Shown: positions 11,111 through 21,950, counted from the first letter of the stretch. The stretch: DNA of 64,000 nucleotides from Flavobacteriales bacterium (GCA_947444925.1 CANFBW010000002.1:64396-128395); one strand, 5' to 3'. Numbers and translations: made by a program. The notes: generated by a model not told the origin, from the letters alone.

Positions 11111-11354
11111 GGCGGTAAACGAAAAATTTGCATGCAAATGAAATATTTGCCTATATTTTGCGTCTCTTAACCGAATTTTATGCTGTATCTTTGCAAGAGA
11201 TTTGCTATTTTCGCCCCACATTGTTGCGAATTATATAACAAGAACTTAACATTAAGTAAACAGAACTTGCCGACTTTTACGCTTTCTTTGTAAGGCACAT
11301 TTGTACGGCGATTAGAAAGAAATAAAGATTTTCAAAAACGATAAAAATTAGATT

Positions 11355-12161
11355 ATGAACAACGAAAATTCATTGGTAGGAGCGCTTAAATCAGGCTTTG
11401 CATCCATAGTTATTGTACTTGCTTTGGTGGTGTCGTACTTAGTATACCATTTTGTGTTGGGAAATCCAGCCAACTTTGAAGGTGGCAATCCTGAAAACAA
11501 TCCTCTCCAAGGAAATTTCTTGGGAATTGTGCACAAGGGAGGACAAATCGTGCCAATACTTATTTGTATCAACTTGTTGGTGATTACTTTCTCTATTGAA
11601 AGATTTATCACTGTTCGCCGTGCTAAAGGAAAAGGACGCATTGAATCTTTTGTGCGCAATATCAGAAATATGATCAGTGCAGGCAATGTGGACATGGCGA
11701 TTGCTGAATGCGACAAGCAAAAAGGTTCATTGGCAAATGTGGTGAAATCGGGATTGGAAAAATACAAAGCAGTGGACAAAGATGCATCTCTTGACAAGGA
11801 AGCTAAGATTGCTGCAGTGCAAAAAGAGGTAGAAGAAGCTACATCTCTCGAATTGCCAATGCTTTCAAAAAACCTCGTCATTCTTTCAACTTGTGCTTCA
11901 ATTGCCACATTGATTGGTTTGATTGGTACCGTATTGGGTATGATCAAGTCTTTCTCTGCTCTTGCAAACGCAGGCTCGCCTGATACAGTTGCTTTGGCAA
12001 CAGGTATTTCGGAAGCTTTGATCAACACTGCTTTGGGTATCATTGCTTCTGCCTTGGCGATTATTGCTTACAATTTTTTTACAACTAAAATTGATGCAAT
12101 TACTTACGGTATGGATGAGGCTGGATTCAGCATCTCTAAAACCATCGCATCTAAAAATTAA
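11355..12161 (+). CDS. exbB: MotA/TolQ/ExbB proton channel
   Basis: ATLIGLIGTVLGMIKSF..GISEALINTALG. Confidence 0.93.
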   Translation: MNNENSLVGALKSGFASIVIVLALVVSYLVYHFVLGNPANFEGGNPENNPLQGNFLGIVHKGGQIVPILICINLLVITFSIERFITVRRAKGKGRIESFVRNIRNMISAGNVDMAIAECDKQKGSLANVVKSGLEKYKAVDKDASLDKEAKIAAVQKEVEEATSLELPMLSKNLVILSTCASIATLIGLIGTVLGMIKSFSALANAGSPDTVALATGISEALINTALGIIASALAIIAYNFFTTKIDAITYGMDEAGFSISKTIASKN

Positions 12162-12185
12162 TTTTACCAAGCGAATTTATAAGCC

Positions 12186-12815
12186 ATGCCTAAAGTAAAA
12201 GTACCCAGAAGCAATCCAAGCTTGGACATGACGCCCATGGTGGATTTGGCGTTCTTGTTGGTGACTTTCTTTATGCTCACCGCTACCTTTCGCACTGAGC
12301 AAGCTGTGGTGGTGGATACGCCATCTTCTATCTCTGAAAAACTATTGACTGACAATGTGTTGATGGTAACAGTTGATACTGCGGGGCGTGTTTTTTACAA
12401 CATTGACGATCAGAAAGTGCGCGTGAAAGTTTTGGAAAACATGGCCAGTAAATATGCTGTGAAATTTTCTCCAAAAGAAATCAAGGAATTTGAATTGATG
12501 AAAGATGTTGGCATGCCAATGGCAGATCTTAAAAAATATTTGGCAGCCGATCAAAGTGTGCGCATGCAAATGGATAAAAGCACCAAAGGCATTCCTTACG
12601 ATTCTATCACCAATGAATTGGCCGACTGGATTCTTTTCGGTCGCGTTGTAGATGCAAGTATTGCCGAGGAAAATGGAGAAGATGCTGATCGATTGAAAGT
12701 GGCCATAAAAGGAGATTCTGAAGCGAATTACGCCACCATTAGAAAAATAATGAAAGTGTTTCAAGATAAGAAAGTGAACAGTTTTAGTTTGGTAACCAAT
12801 CTTGAAGGAAAATAA
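12186..12815 (+). CDS. exbD: ExbD/TolR biopolymer transporter
   Basis: DMTPMVDLAFLLVTFFML..IKGD. Confidence 0.92.
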   Translation: MPKVKVPRSNPSLDMTPMVDLAFLLVTFFMLTATFRTEQAVVVDTPSSISEKLLTDNVLMVTVDTAGRVFYNIDDQKVRVKVLENMASKYAVKFSPKEIKEFELMKDVGMPMADLKKYLAADQSVRMQMDKSTKGIPYDSITNELADWILFGRVVDASIAEENGEDADRLKVAIKGDSEANYATIRKIMKVFQDKKVNSFSLVTNLEGK

Positions 12816-12821
12816 AAGGCA

Positions 12822-13445
12822 ATGGCAGAACTGAGTACAGACGACGGAGGTGGTAAAAAAGGCAAGCACCAAAAGCGGAGAGCTAAAAAGAGCTCAACGA
12901 AGGTGGACATGACGCCTATGGTTGACCTTGCCTTTTTGTTGCTGACTTTTTTCGTGCTTACGGCCACCTTTGGCAAACCCAAAACAATGGACATCAATAT
13001 GCCTGTTGATCCTAAGGACAAAAAGAATGTTACCAAAGTTGAAGATCAAACTGCAATGACGGTGCTACTCACAGAACGCAAAGAAGTGATTTACTATTAT
13101 TACGGTGTGTTGAAGCCCGGTACTAAAATTGATTCAACCGACTACGCCGCTAGTGGCTTGAGAAAGATATTGCTCGACAAGAACAAGGGCGTGATTGCCC
13201 AAATTGATGCCTTAAAAGCACAAAAGGAACAGGGTTTATTGGCCGACACCGCCTACAAATCAAAGGCTCAGCTGGTGAAATCCAATAAAGACGCCTTGTA
13301 CGTGATTGTGAAAACCAATGATAAAACAAAGTACAAAAGTGTAGTGGATGTGCTCGATGAATTGAATATTTGCGACGTAGATAAAAAGGCAGTAATGGAC
13401 ATGGCGCCTTCGGAAAAGGCAGCCCTCAAAAAGATTAACAACTAA
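12822..13445 (+). CDS. exbD: ExbD/TolR biopolymer transporter (second paralog)
   Basis: VDMTPMVDLAFLLLTFFVL. Confidence 0.92.
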   Translation: MAELSTDDGGGKKGKHQKRRAKKSSTKVDMTPMVDLAFLLLTFFVLTATFGKPKTMDINMPVDPKDKKNVTKVEDQTAMTVLLTERKEVIYYYYGVLKPGTKIDSTDYAASGLRKILLDKNKGVIAQIDALKAQKEQGLLADTAYKSKAQLVKSNKDALYVIVKTNDKTKYKSVVDVLDELNICDVDKKAVMDMAPSEKAALKKINN

Positions 13446-13448
13446 GTC

Positions 13449-14270
13449 ATGGAAAGAGACTCAGCGCTTGTTTCCAATTGGGACAACGTCACTTCAGATG
13501 GTAGAAATGAACTTGTTTTTGAAGGCAAAAACAAGGAATATGGCGCATACGATATTCGCAAGAAATACAACTTTTCTTTGCTGATTGGTATTGTGTCTGC
13601 TGCTCTTGTATTGACGATAGCGGTGTTGATTCCATTGCTCAATACGCTTTGGAATCAAGAGGAAGAAACAAAGCAGGAGGAGGAAGTAGTCGTGGTGTCC
13701 AACCTCGAAGAGTTGCTGCCCAAAGACAAAGTATTGCCAATGACGCCGCCACCACCGCCACCACCAGTGATGGAAAAAATTAAGTTCACCATTGTTGAAA
13801 TTACCGAAGAAGAAGTAAAGGATCCGCCGGTTGCACAAACGCAATTGGACGATAAGAAAATTGGAGAAAAAACGGAGAAAGGTGATCCTGATGCAACCGA
13901 TTTACCAAGTGTTGAAGCAAGTGATGATTTGCTGGGTGGTGGTGAAGACAATACGCATTATACGGTTGTTCAAAAGGAGGCAAAATATCCAGGTGGAATG
14001 GGGCAATTGGCACAAGACATCAAAGACAATTTCAACAGGGCTTTGGTAGACCAATTAGAGGTAAGCGACGGTTTGGAGCTTAGTTTTATTGTTACTAAAA
14101 CAGGCGAGATTGGAGAACTGCAAATCACAAAGAGTTCAGGCAGTAAGCTGGTTGATAAGGAAACCCTGCGCGTACTTAAATTATTGCCTCGTTGGACTCC
14201 TGCGATGAATGCCGGTAAGCCAGTGATCAGAACATTTGTGGTTCCCTTTGCTTTTGGCGAAGAAGAATAA
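13449..14270 (+). CDS. tonB: Energy transducer TonB
   Basis: VFEGKNKEYGAY N-terminus, TM segment, poly-Pro, C-terminal YPGG..WTPA..GKPV. Confidence 0.9.
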   Translation: MERDSALVSNWDNVTSDGRNELVFEGKNKEYGAYDIRKKYNFSLLIGIVSAALVLTIAVLIPLLNTLWNQEEETKQEEEVVVVSNLEELLPKDKVLPMTPPPPPPPVMEKIKFTIVEITEEEVKDPPVAQTQLDDKKIGEKTEKGDPDATDLPSVEASDDLLGGGEDNTHYTVVQKEAKYPGGMGQLAQDIKDNFNRALVDQLEVSDGLELSFIVTKTGEIGELQITKSSGSKLVDKETLRVLKLLPRWTPAMNAGKPVIRTFVVPFAFGEEE

Positions 14271-14278
14271 TTTCAGCT

Positions 14279-14494
14279 ATGCATCAATTTAAGCAAATTC
14301 TGTACTACTTCAGCGTCACGATGGTTTTTGTATACATAGTGCTTGCAGTGCTGTTGTTGTTTACGGATCTATTGCCGCAAATTCAAGAACCCAATCGAAA
14401 AGTACTTGGCATCATTTTATTCGCCTATACTTTATTTAAATCCTATAAAATATTTGTGCCGAAGCGCCGTCAAAATGTGGAGGATGAAAATTGA
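14279..14494 (+). CDS. Small two-TM membrane protein
   Basis: Two hydrophobic helices; lies inside the exb/tonB operon. Confidence 0.7.
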   Translation: MHQFKQILYYFSVTMVFVYIVLAVLLLFTDLLPQIQEPNRKVLGIILFAYTLFKSYKIFVPKRRQNVEDEN

Positions 14495-15416
14495 AATTGC
14501 GATTTTATTTGTGCTTTTGCTGATTTTTTCGGCCTGCAATGAAACAGCGTCAAAGCCTTTAGATACTCCCACTCAAGGTTCCATTAGTATTGGTGTTGAC
14601 GACTCATATGCGCCCATTATGGAAGCGGAATTGTATGCTTTTCATTCCTTTTACAAATATGCCAAAATTACTGCGCGTTACAAACCTGAGGGTGATGCCG
14701 TGAAAGACTTGTTGAACGATTCTGTGCGTTTGGCGCTCATGAACAGAGAGCTCACCACTGCAGAACTTTCTTATTTTGACCGTTTGCATTTGCATCCGAA
14801 GACGTTGAAAATCGCTAATGATGCAGTGGCACTCATTGTACATCCTGACAATCTCGACACCATGCTGACCATGTCGCAATTAAAACGCATTGTGAGTGCT
14901 GACATTACTTCATGGAAGCAGTTGAATGTCGCATCTAAATTGGGAGATATTACGGTGGTATTTGACAATAAGAATTCAGGAAATGCACGTTATATGCAAG
15001 AAAAACTACTTGACAAGAAGTCTTTTCCAAAGAATTGCTTTGCTGCCAAATCGAACCCGGAAGTATTGCGCTATATTGCGGAGAACAAGGACGCGATTGG
15101 TATCATTGGTGTGAATTGGATCAGTGATAAAGACGATACACTGATGCGTGGTTTTTTGAAAAAAATAAAAGTAGTGTCACTCGCTTCATCAGATGCTGCA
15201 ATCCTGCCAGATGATTATTACCAACCCTATCAGGCCTATATCCAGCAGGGTACTTATCCTCTGTGTCGCAGCGTATATTTGGTCAGTAGAGAAGCGCGTG
15301 CAGGACTTGGCACGGGCTTTGCCGCATTTGTTGCCGGTGACAAGGGGCAACGCATCATTTTAAAGTCGGGATTGGTGCCTGCCACAGCACCTATTAGAAT
15401 TATCAATTTAAAGTAA
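14484..15416 (+). CDS. PstS-like substrate-binding lipoprotein
   Basis: Lipobox FSAC; DTPTQG.I.IGVDDS; YPLCR; GTGFAAF..GQRIILKSGL. Confidence 0.85.
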   Translation: MKIEIAILFVLLLIFSACNETASKPLDTPTQGSISIGVDDSYAPIMEAELYAFHSFYKYAKITARYKPEGDAVKDLLNDSVRLALMNRELTTAELSYFDRLHLHPKTLKIANDAVALIVHPDNLDTMLTMSQLKRIVSADITSWKQLNVASKLGDITVVFDNKNSGNARYMQEKLLDKKSFPKNCFAAKSNPEVLRYIAENKDAIGIIGVNWISDKDDTLMRGFLKKIKVVSLASSDAAILPDDYYQPYQAYIQQGTYPLCRSVYLVSREARAGLGTGFAAFVAGDKGQRIILKSGLVPATAPIRIINLK

Positions 15417-15422
15417 AAGGAC

Positions 15423-17009
15423 ATGAAACAGGTTTTCTCTATTGCTATTCAAACAGTTTTTGCAGTGCTTATTTGTTCAAACAACTTGTGCGCACAAAAT
15501 CTTGCAGATGCAATCAAACAAAGCAACAACGAACAATTTGAAAGTGCCTCTGCTTCATTTGCGAAGTTGCTTGGAACAGAGGTCAATGCCGAAAATTATT
15601 TTTACGCGGGTGAAAATTTGTTCAAGTCAGGTGATCTTGATTCGGCGAGGGTAATGTATCAAAAAGGAAAGGAAGTGGCACCTGAAAACCCTATCAATAC
15701 CGTTGGTTTGGGCAAAGTCATATGGTACAGAAACGACACTGCGTCAAAGGCCCTGTTTGCAGAAGCGCTTGCGCTGTCGAAATCTAAAAATGCTTTGGTG
15801 CTATACAAGATAGCGGAGGCATACATTACAGCGGACAAAAAAAATCTTCCTGAAGCTTTTATTTTATTGAATTTGGCTGCCAAATTAGAGCCTAAGAATC
15901 CTGAAATATACATATTGATGGGTGACGCCTTTTTGGAACAAAACAATGGCTCTCAAGCCATTTTGCAATATGAAAAAGCCAATGAATTGGATGTGAAGTC
16001 AACAAAAGCGATTTTGCGCATCGGTCAGTTGTATGTGCGCACGCGCAACACGGACTTGGCCAATGAATACTACGATAAGGCGAATGCCATTGATTCTACT
16101 TTTGCGCCAGCCTATAGAGAAAAAGCAGAGTTGTATTATCAAGCACAACTTTTTGACAAGGCCATTGCGCAGTACAAAAAGTATTTGCAGTTGAACAACA
16201 ATTTGAGCGCTCGAATTCGCTATGCATCCTTTTTGTTTTTGAACAAGCAATACGCGAATGCAATTGTTGAAATGAATGAAATACAAAAGCGAGACACGTC
16301 GAAAGTGGTGTTGTACCGCCTTTTGGGCTATTCATATTTTGAAACAGCAGACTATGCCAAGGGAATTAGCAATATCAATACTTTTTTTGACAGGGTAGAA
16401 AAAAGCAAGATTAAAATTTTGCCCTCCGACTACCAGTACCAAGGTAAATTACTGTCGAAAACAGGTCAGGATTCATTGGCTGTTCTTGTTTTGACGAGAG
16501 CCATTTCTTTAGATACCACGCAAATTGATTTGTACAATGACTTGGGTACAGTGCAGTACAAATTGAAGCGTTATCCTGATGCAATTGCGTCTTTTGAAAA
16601 ACGCATCGCACTGCGCAACGGTGGATCGGTAAACGACTTTAACGCATTGGGTCGCGCATATTATTTCAACAAGGAATACAAAAAAGCGGATTCTATTTTT
16701 GCGAAAATAGTAGAAGCAAAACCTGAATTGGTGTTGGGGTATTTTTGGAGAGCGCGGTCGAACTCTAAAATGGATCCCGACTTGAAAAGTGGCGCAGCCA
16801 AACCCTATTACGAAGCTTTTATTGAACGCGCTTCGATTGATCCAGTAAAAAACAAGAAGGATTTAATTGAAGGCTACTCTTACAAGGGTTCATTTTTCGG
16901 CTTGGCGAAAGATTTTGCAAGTGCAAAAATATATTTTGCAAAAGTACTTGAGCTTGATCCGGAGAACGCAGCAGCTAAAACCTTTATGTCGAGTAAGGAA
17001 TCCAAATAG
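15423..17009 (+). CDS. Secreted TPR-repeat protein
   Basis: Signal peptide followed by many TPR-like helical repeats. Confidence 0.88.
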   Translation: MKQVFSIAIQTVFAVLICSNNLCAQNLADAIKQSNNEQFESASASFAKLLGTEVNAENYFYAGENLFKSGDLDSARVMYQKGKEVAPENPINTVGLGKVIWYRNDTASKALFAEALALSKSKNALVLYKIAEAYITADKKNLPEAFILLNLAAKLEPKNPEIYILMGDAFLEQNNGSQAILQYEKANELDVKSTKAILRIGQLYVRTRNTDLANEYYDKANAIDSTFAPAYREKAELYYQAQLFDKAIAQYKKYLQLNNNLSARIRYASFLFLNKQYANAIVEMNEIQKRDTSKVVLYRLLGYSYFETADYAKGISNINTFFDRVEKSKIKILPSDYQYQGKLLSKTGQDSLAVLVLTRAISLDTTQIDLYNDLGTVQYKLKRYPDAIASFEKRIALRNGGSVNDFNALGRAYYFNKEYKKADSIFAKIVEAKPELVLGYFWRARSNSKMDPDLKSGAAKPYYEAFIERASIDPVKNKKDLIEGYSYKGSFFGLAKDFASAKIYFAKVLELDPENAAAKTFMSSKESK

Positions 17010-17123
17010 CCTCGAATCTTTTGCAGATATTGTAAGTGATGATAAGGACAAAGCTCCTTTATGCGATCCAATTATTTTTTGTATTTTCGTGATACCTTGT
17101 TCATACAAGGGTCAATTGCATAG

Positions 17124-17208
17124 GGAGAGGTGTCAGAGTGGCCGAACGTGCAAGCTTGGAAAGTTTGTGTACCGCAAGGTACCGCGGGTTCGAATCCCGC
17201 CTTCTCCG
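17124..17208 (+). tRNA. tRNA-Ser(GGA)
   Basis: Acceptor GGAGAGG/CTTCTCC + G discriminator; anticodon arm CAAGC-TTGGAAA-GTTTG; long variable arm GTACC-GCAA-GGTAC; GGTTCGAATCC. CCA not encoded. Confidence 0.96.
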
Positions 17209-17232
17209 CAGATAGATTGTGCAAAACAGTCT

Positions 17233-17269
17233 AAAAGCGTGTAAAATCAAGGTTTTACGCGCTTTTTTT
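17233..17269 (+). terminator. Hairpin plus T-tract downstream of tRNA-Ser
   Basis: AAAAGCGTGTAAAATC-AA-GGTTTTACGCGCTTTTTTT. Confidence 0.65.
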
Positions 17270-17569
17270 ATGTTCTTCAAATTCTAAAAAAGTCTAGGTT
17301 TGTCTATACTTTTGGTTTCTTAGCGGGTTTCTTTTTTTTGAAGCCAAAAAAGAAACCAAGCAATTAGACGTTAATAGACATAATAATACTGAAAAACAAT
17401 GAGTTAGGCGACTATTTTCCTCTTTGGAAACGTATGTTTGTAACATAAATAAAGGGGGGCACAACGTAAAAAATTGGTGCCAAATGTCGATAATCAGGTC
17501 GCCGTCAATATATTCATAATAAAGAATAATTTTCTTAATAATATTTTGACGCTTTGATAAATAAGCTAC

Positions 17570-18661
17570 TTAAACCAACTCCGACCTAAAAAGCAACTTC
17601 AAAAACTCACTCGATTCATAAGGTTTTTCCGAACAACAAATTGCCATTCCTTCCGCCAAAATTTCTTTGTTTATTTTTTTACCGATAAAAACAATTTTGC
17701 TCACTCTTTCTTCATTTCCCCAATTGCCAGCGGATTCGCTAACGTATTGATTGTTCACCGACTGAAAAACCAGCTTTTCTTCGAAATGCTTAAAGTTCAA
17801 AATCCCTTTCACCCTGTATAATTTGAAGGCCGCATCATTCAGGAGCATTCTCATCCAGATGTCAAATTTCAAAAGATCCAAAGGTTCGGAAAAAACAAAA
17901 CTACAGCTTGAAATATCGCTGTGCAATTGTGTTTTCTGATTGGGATTGAGTGCCGGGGATTTCTCTAGCGGCGAAGAAAAAGCGTTGAACGAAAGTCCGC
18001 CAAGTGAAGGCGTTTCAATTTTAGCATTTAAAATATTTTCTCTGCTGAAGGCTTTCAAATTTAAAAGATCAATTCCTTCTACCTTACCAAATGCAGACTC
18101 TCTGATGAGAGCCTGATTGTTCATTCTTTTGACAATATTGGTCACCGTTTCTTTTTGATATGCATCAACCTTATCTGTTTTATTGACCAGTACTACATCT
18201 GCTATTGCCACCTGTTTGCAGGCTTCTTCCTGATCTTCGAGTTGCTGTTCAATAAAACGGGCATCTACCAATGTAATTACAGCGTCCAATCGGAAAGCAC
18301 TTTGTATGGTTTCATCTGCCAAAAAACTCATAGCTACCGGAGCCGGATCAGCAATGCCTGTTGTTTCCACCACTAGGTGATGAATTCCCGGATGGGTTTT
18401 GATTAATTTTTGAAGAACAGTAATCAGTTCATCATTTAACTCACAACAGACGCAGCCGCTGGACAGCTCAAATATTCCGTCTTCAACACCCACCACTAAA
18501 TCGCTGTCGATGTTGATTTCCCCAAATTCATTTTCAATGACGGCGATTTTCTTTGTTGGATTTTGCCTGATTAATTCATTCAACAAAGTTGTTTTTCCGG
18601 CGCCGAGAAACCCTGTGAGAATGGTTACAGGAATTCTTTGATCTTGTTTGTTATTTTCCAT
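17570..18661 (-). CDS. COG0523 (CobW/YjiA-type) metallochaperone GTPase, copy 3
   Basis: [38 protein letters not shown]-terminal domain. Confidence 0.93.
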   Translation of the reverse strand: MENNKQDQRIPVTILTGFLGAGKTTLLNELIRQNPTKKIAVIENEFGEINIDSDLVVGVEDGIFELSSGCVCCELNDELITVLQKLIKTHPGIHHLVVETTGIADPAPVAMSFLADETIQSAFRLDAVITLVDARFIEQQLEDQEEACKQVAIADVVLVNKTDKVDAYQKETVTNIVKRMNNQALIRESAFGKVEGIDLLNLKAFSRENILNAKIETPSLGGLSFNAFSSPLEKSPALNPNQKTQLHSDISSCSFVFSEPLDLLKFDIWMRMLLNDAAFKLYRVKGILNFKHFEEKLVFQSVNNQYVSESAGNWGNEERVSKIVFIGKKINKEILAEGMAICCSEKPYESSEFLKLLFRSELV

Positions 18662-19541
18662 AATCCAATAATTCTTTTCCTGAGTTTTTCATAAGTCCGA
18701 TAGCCCATTTAATAATGACAAGTGAACTGATAATACCTACGATAGCATCGAACGCAATCCAATCAAAATAATATCCGATGAGAAGGGAAACAATAGCGGC
18801 AATACTTGTGAGCATATCGGCCAGCACATGAAAATATGCCGCGCGAATATTGTGATCGCCGTGGTCATGATCATGATGAAGCACCTTTGCGCTAATTGCA
18901 TTTACAACCAATCCAATAATACCAACCAAAATAGCTTCCTTAAATTTAATTGTTTCGGGATGCATCAATCGCTCTATAGATTCCACCGACATTAGGAAAG
19001 CCACTATCAATAGTACTATAGCGCTGGTGTACCCTGCAAGCGATAAAATTTTAGCTGTTCCGTTTTTAAATTTTTCGTTTGCCTTGTGTCTTCGTGCAAA
19101 GTAATAGGCGATCCAGCAAAGTCCTATGGCAAAAACATGGGAAGCCATGTGCCAGCCATCGGCCAGTAAAGCCATTGAGTGTGAATGATAGCCAATGCCT
19201 ATTTCCAAAGCTACGGCCAGCACATTGATGAGTACTACTGTTTTTGCTTTTCGTTCGTGATCGTGATGATGGTGTGAAGGATTTTCACAAGAATGTTCAC
19301 TGCCCAAAGGCATTTCTATTTTTTGCCGGATATCTTTTTTGGTAACTTCCTCTAAAGGTTTTTCCAATAGATACCTGTTCATTTTACTGATATTTCCATT
19401 GGGAAAAACCATGATCACGGTAGTTCTGTTTTGACCGTTGGCATAACCCGTTTCAGAAATGAGAATGGAATGCTCCTCGTTGATGCGGAGTTTCCTTCTT
19501 ACCCATTCTTTTATTTTCTCTCTTAAATCTTCTGTTTTCAT
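18651..19541 (-). CDS. CDF cation efflux transporter (DmeF-like) with extra N-terminal soluble domain
   Basis: SMALLADGWHM, His loop HHDHDHGDHN, AYFHVLADMLTS; ~75-aa N-terminal extension plus His linker. Confidence 0.9.
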   Translation of the reverse strand: MKTEDLREKIKEWVRRKLRINEEHSILISETGYANGQNRTTVIMVFPNGNISKMNRYLLEKPLEEVTKKDIRQKIEMPLGSEHSCENPSHHHHDHERKAKTVVLINVLAVALEIGIGYHSHSMALLADGWHMASHVFAIGLCWIAYYFARRHKANEKFKNGTAKILSLAGYTSAIVLLIVAFLMSVESIERLMHPETIKFKEAILVGIIGLVVNAISAKVLHHDHDHGDHNIRAAYFHVLADMLTSIAAIVSLLIGYYFDWIAFDAIVGIISSLVIIKWAIGLMKNSGKELLDYGK

Positions 19542-19545
19542 AGAT

Positions 19546-20583
19546 TTACGCGCGAATATCCATTATTACTATTTCTCCGTTTTTGCTTCCGGTGGCCAGT
19601 TGTAAATCGTTGGGAGCCCACATTAATGACGTAAGTTCGTTGCCTATTTTCCATTTAACAACAGCTTTGTCTGAACTTTCGGGATACCACAATACTACTC
19701 TGCCCTCCACATCAGCAGAGGCCAGTAATTTTCCTTTGTGCTGAAATTGCAGGGCACTGATTTTAGTGGAGTGTCCCGACAGTGTTAATGGCGCTGTACC
19801 GATGGGAATTTTTCCAGCGAATTTCCACAGAATCAATTCAGCATCATTCGGAGTAGCGAGGAATTTGGCTTCACTGTCCCAAGCCATATTTCTTAATTTT
19901 CCGGGATAGCCCGACATTTGAAAATCGCTTTTAAGCAGATAAGGCAATGGCCACACATGAACACAATTGTCCTGCGTTCCTGCACAAATGAATTTTGAGT
20001 CGGGACTCCAGAAAAGAGAAATCATGGAATTTTGCCAAGGCAAAGTTTGATACGGTTCTTTTTCTTCCACCTTAATTATTTTCACTCCGCCATAGCAGGC
20101 ATAAGCCATTTCACTACTATCGGCTTTCCAGCATAAAGAAGCAATAGAACTGCCTGCTTCAATATACTCATGAATCAGTTCGCCCTGCGCCGACCATAAC
20201 CTCAAAAGTTTTCCTGACGCGCTGGCAAAATATTTTCCGTTGGGCGACCAGTTTACATGCTCCACCCAATGGCTACCGCCTTCCAGTTCTTTAATCGTAT
20301 TTCCTGCCTCGGTATCCCACAAGCGGATTTTTCCATCCTGTCCGCCGGAAAGAAATTTATTTTCCTGAGGAGAATGCGCCAAACAAATAATGCCTGAGGC
20401 ATGTGCTTCGGCGTGAGTGTAGGTTTGTGTGGTTTTAGTATTGATCACACAAATTTCTCCGGCAGCCGAAGAAGCGCAAAGCCACTGCGCATCTTTTGAC
20501 CAGCTCAAGCCGGTAATGTAATCCTTAAGCTGCGTGCGCCACACTTCCTGATTATTTTGCGTTTGTAATTCTTTGTTCATCAC
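19546..20583 (-). CDS. WD40-repeat beta-propeller protein
   Basis: Repeated WSPx[15 protein letters not shown] motifs; MSGYPGK loop. Confidence 0.92.
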   Translation of the reverse strand: MMNKELQTQNNQEVWRTQLKDYITGLSWSKDAQWLCASSAAGEICVINTKTTQTYTHAEAHASGIICLAHSPQENKFLSGGQDGKIRLWDTEAGNTIKELEGGSHWVEHVNWSPNGKYFASASGKLLRLWSAQGELIHEYIEAGSSIASLCWKADSSEMAYACYGGVKIIKVEEKEPYQTLPWQNSMISLFWSPDSKFICAGTQDNCVHVWPLPYLLKSDFQMSGYPGKLRNMAWDSEAKFLATPNDAELILWKFAGKIPIGTAPLTLSGHSTKISALQFQHKGKLLASADVEGRVVLWYPESSDKAVVKWKIGNELTSLMWAPNDLQLATGSKNGEIVIMDIRA

Positions 20584-21947
20584 AGTACAGCTTCTTTAGA
20601 GCGGATGAGGCAGGATTGAAATCCTTTCATGATTTCTTCGCGGTTTAGATTTTTACCAATAAACACCACTTGATTTTTTCGCTTTTCGCCGGGACGCCAT
20701 TTCCTGTCGGATTGCGCATCAAAAAGCATGTGTACTCCCTGAAAAACAAAACGCTCATCGTTGCCCTTAATATTTAAAATTCCCTTCATCCGGAAAATAT
20801 CAGTTCCCTTGTTTTGCAACAACCAGTTGATCCACTCATCCATTTTTTGAAGATCCAGTTCCCCTTCGGTGTCAATACCAACAGAAGACACGGCATTGTC
20901 GTGTTCATGCGTATGCTCAAATTCACGAAAAGAAAGAGGCCATACTAAATTTTCATTCTGAAAAATTTTCATTCCAAATTCATTGGGGTGGTGTTGTGTA
21001 TATAAAATATAGTATCCGTTTTTTTTCATCTTGAACTTATATTCATTCACCTTGTCATCCACCACAAGTTGATTCAGCGCGTTATTTGTTTTAAGAAATT
21101 TTTGTGGGCGGATGAGAAAAGACGCTTCAGAAAAAAGTTTGATGGCCAGTTTCTTTCCATTTTCAATTTCATTTTCCTCTGCCGAATCGACTTTAACAAT
21201 CGCAATATCCATAGTGGGATCAGGCCCTTCGTCCAACGCCAAAGAATATTCAAATTCATTCAATTCGTAAATAGCAGCCCATTCAAAAGGAACTTCTTCA
21301 TTTAAAATACCGGGATTGATTTCCACTTTGGCATTAAGGTCGAAGGCTTTTACATTTAGTATTTTGTCCATGTCGATATCCGCATCTTTGGTTTTGTAAA
21401 CCTTAGCTTGCGGGTTCATCCGTTGTATTTTATTTTCCAGTTTTTCAAGTTCGCCGGCACTCACCAAATCAATTTTATTGAGCAGAATAACATCGGCAAA
21501 AGCGATTTGCTCCTGACATTCGGAACTGTTGTCGATGTGTAACCACACGTGCTTTGTATCCACCACGGTGATGATCGCATCCAAACTCATCTGTTCTTTC
21601 ATTTCATCGTCTACCCAAAAAGTTTGTGCTACAGGCGCAGGATTGGCGAGTCCTGTAGTTTCTACAATGATGTAGTCAAATTTATCTTTGCGCTTCATGA
21701 GCTGTCCGAGAATACGGATAAGGTCGCCGCGCACCGTACAGCAAATACAGCCATTGTTCATTTCAAATATTTCTTCATCGGCACCTATCACCAATTCATG
21801 ATCAACACCCACTTCGCCAAATTCATTTTCAATCACCGCAATTTTTTTACCGTGATTTTCTTTTAATATCCTGTTCAGTAAAGTTGTTTTTCCAGAGCCT
21901 AAAAATCCTGTAAGGATAGTCACCGGAATGGTTTTGTTATTTTCCAT
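20580..21947 (-). CDS. COG0523 metallochaperone GTPase with internal insertion domain, copy 2
   Basis: [27 protein letters not shown]; ~125-aa insert PFEWA..QHHPNEF before HTHEHD and the CobW_C domain. Confidence 0.93.
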   Translation of the reverse strand: MENNKTIPVTILTGFLGSGKTTLLNRILKENHGKKIAVIENEFGEVGVDHELVIGADEEIFEMNNGCICCTVRGDLIRILGQLMKRKDKFDYIIVETTGLANPAPVAQTFWVDDEMKEQMSLDAIITVVDTKHVWLHIDNSSECQEQIAFADVILLNKIDLVSAGELEKLENKIQRMNPQAKVYKTKDADIDMDKILNVKAFDLNAKVEINPGILNEEVPFEWAAIYELNEFEYSLALDEGPDPTMDIAIVKVDSAEENEIENGKKLAIKLFSEASFLIRPQKFLKTNNALNQLVVDDKVNEYKFKMKKNGYYILYTQHHPNEFGMKIFQNENLVWPLSFREFEHTHEHDNAVSSVGIDTEGELDLQKMDEWINWLLQNKGTDIFRMKGILNIKGNDERFVFQGVHMLFDAQSDRKWRPGEKRKNQVVFIGKNLNREEIMKGFQSCLIRSKEAVL

Positions 21948-21950
21948 ATA

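Noticed and set aside
11348-12043. Long antisense or alternate-frame ORFs (e.g. 11348..12043, 12342..12872, 45787..46266, 16867..17244)
   Set aside because: They are shadows of well-supported genes or overlap the tRNA, and show no recognisable motifs.
11355-17009. exbB-exbD-exbD-tonB-PstS-like-TPR operon as a novel system
   Set aside because: From recall this is a common conserved Bacteroidota arrangement, and nothing unusual is visible here.
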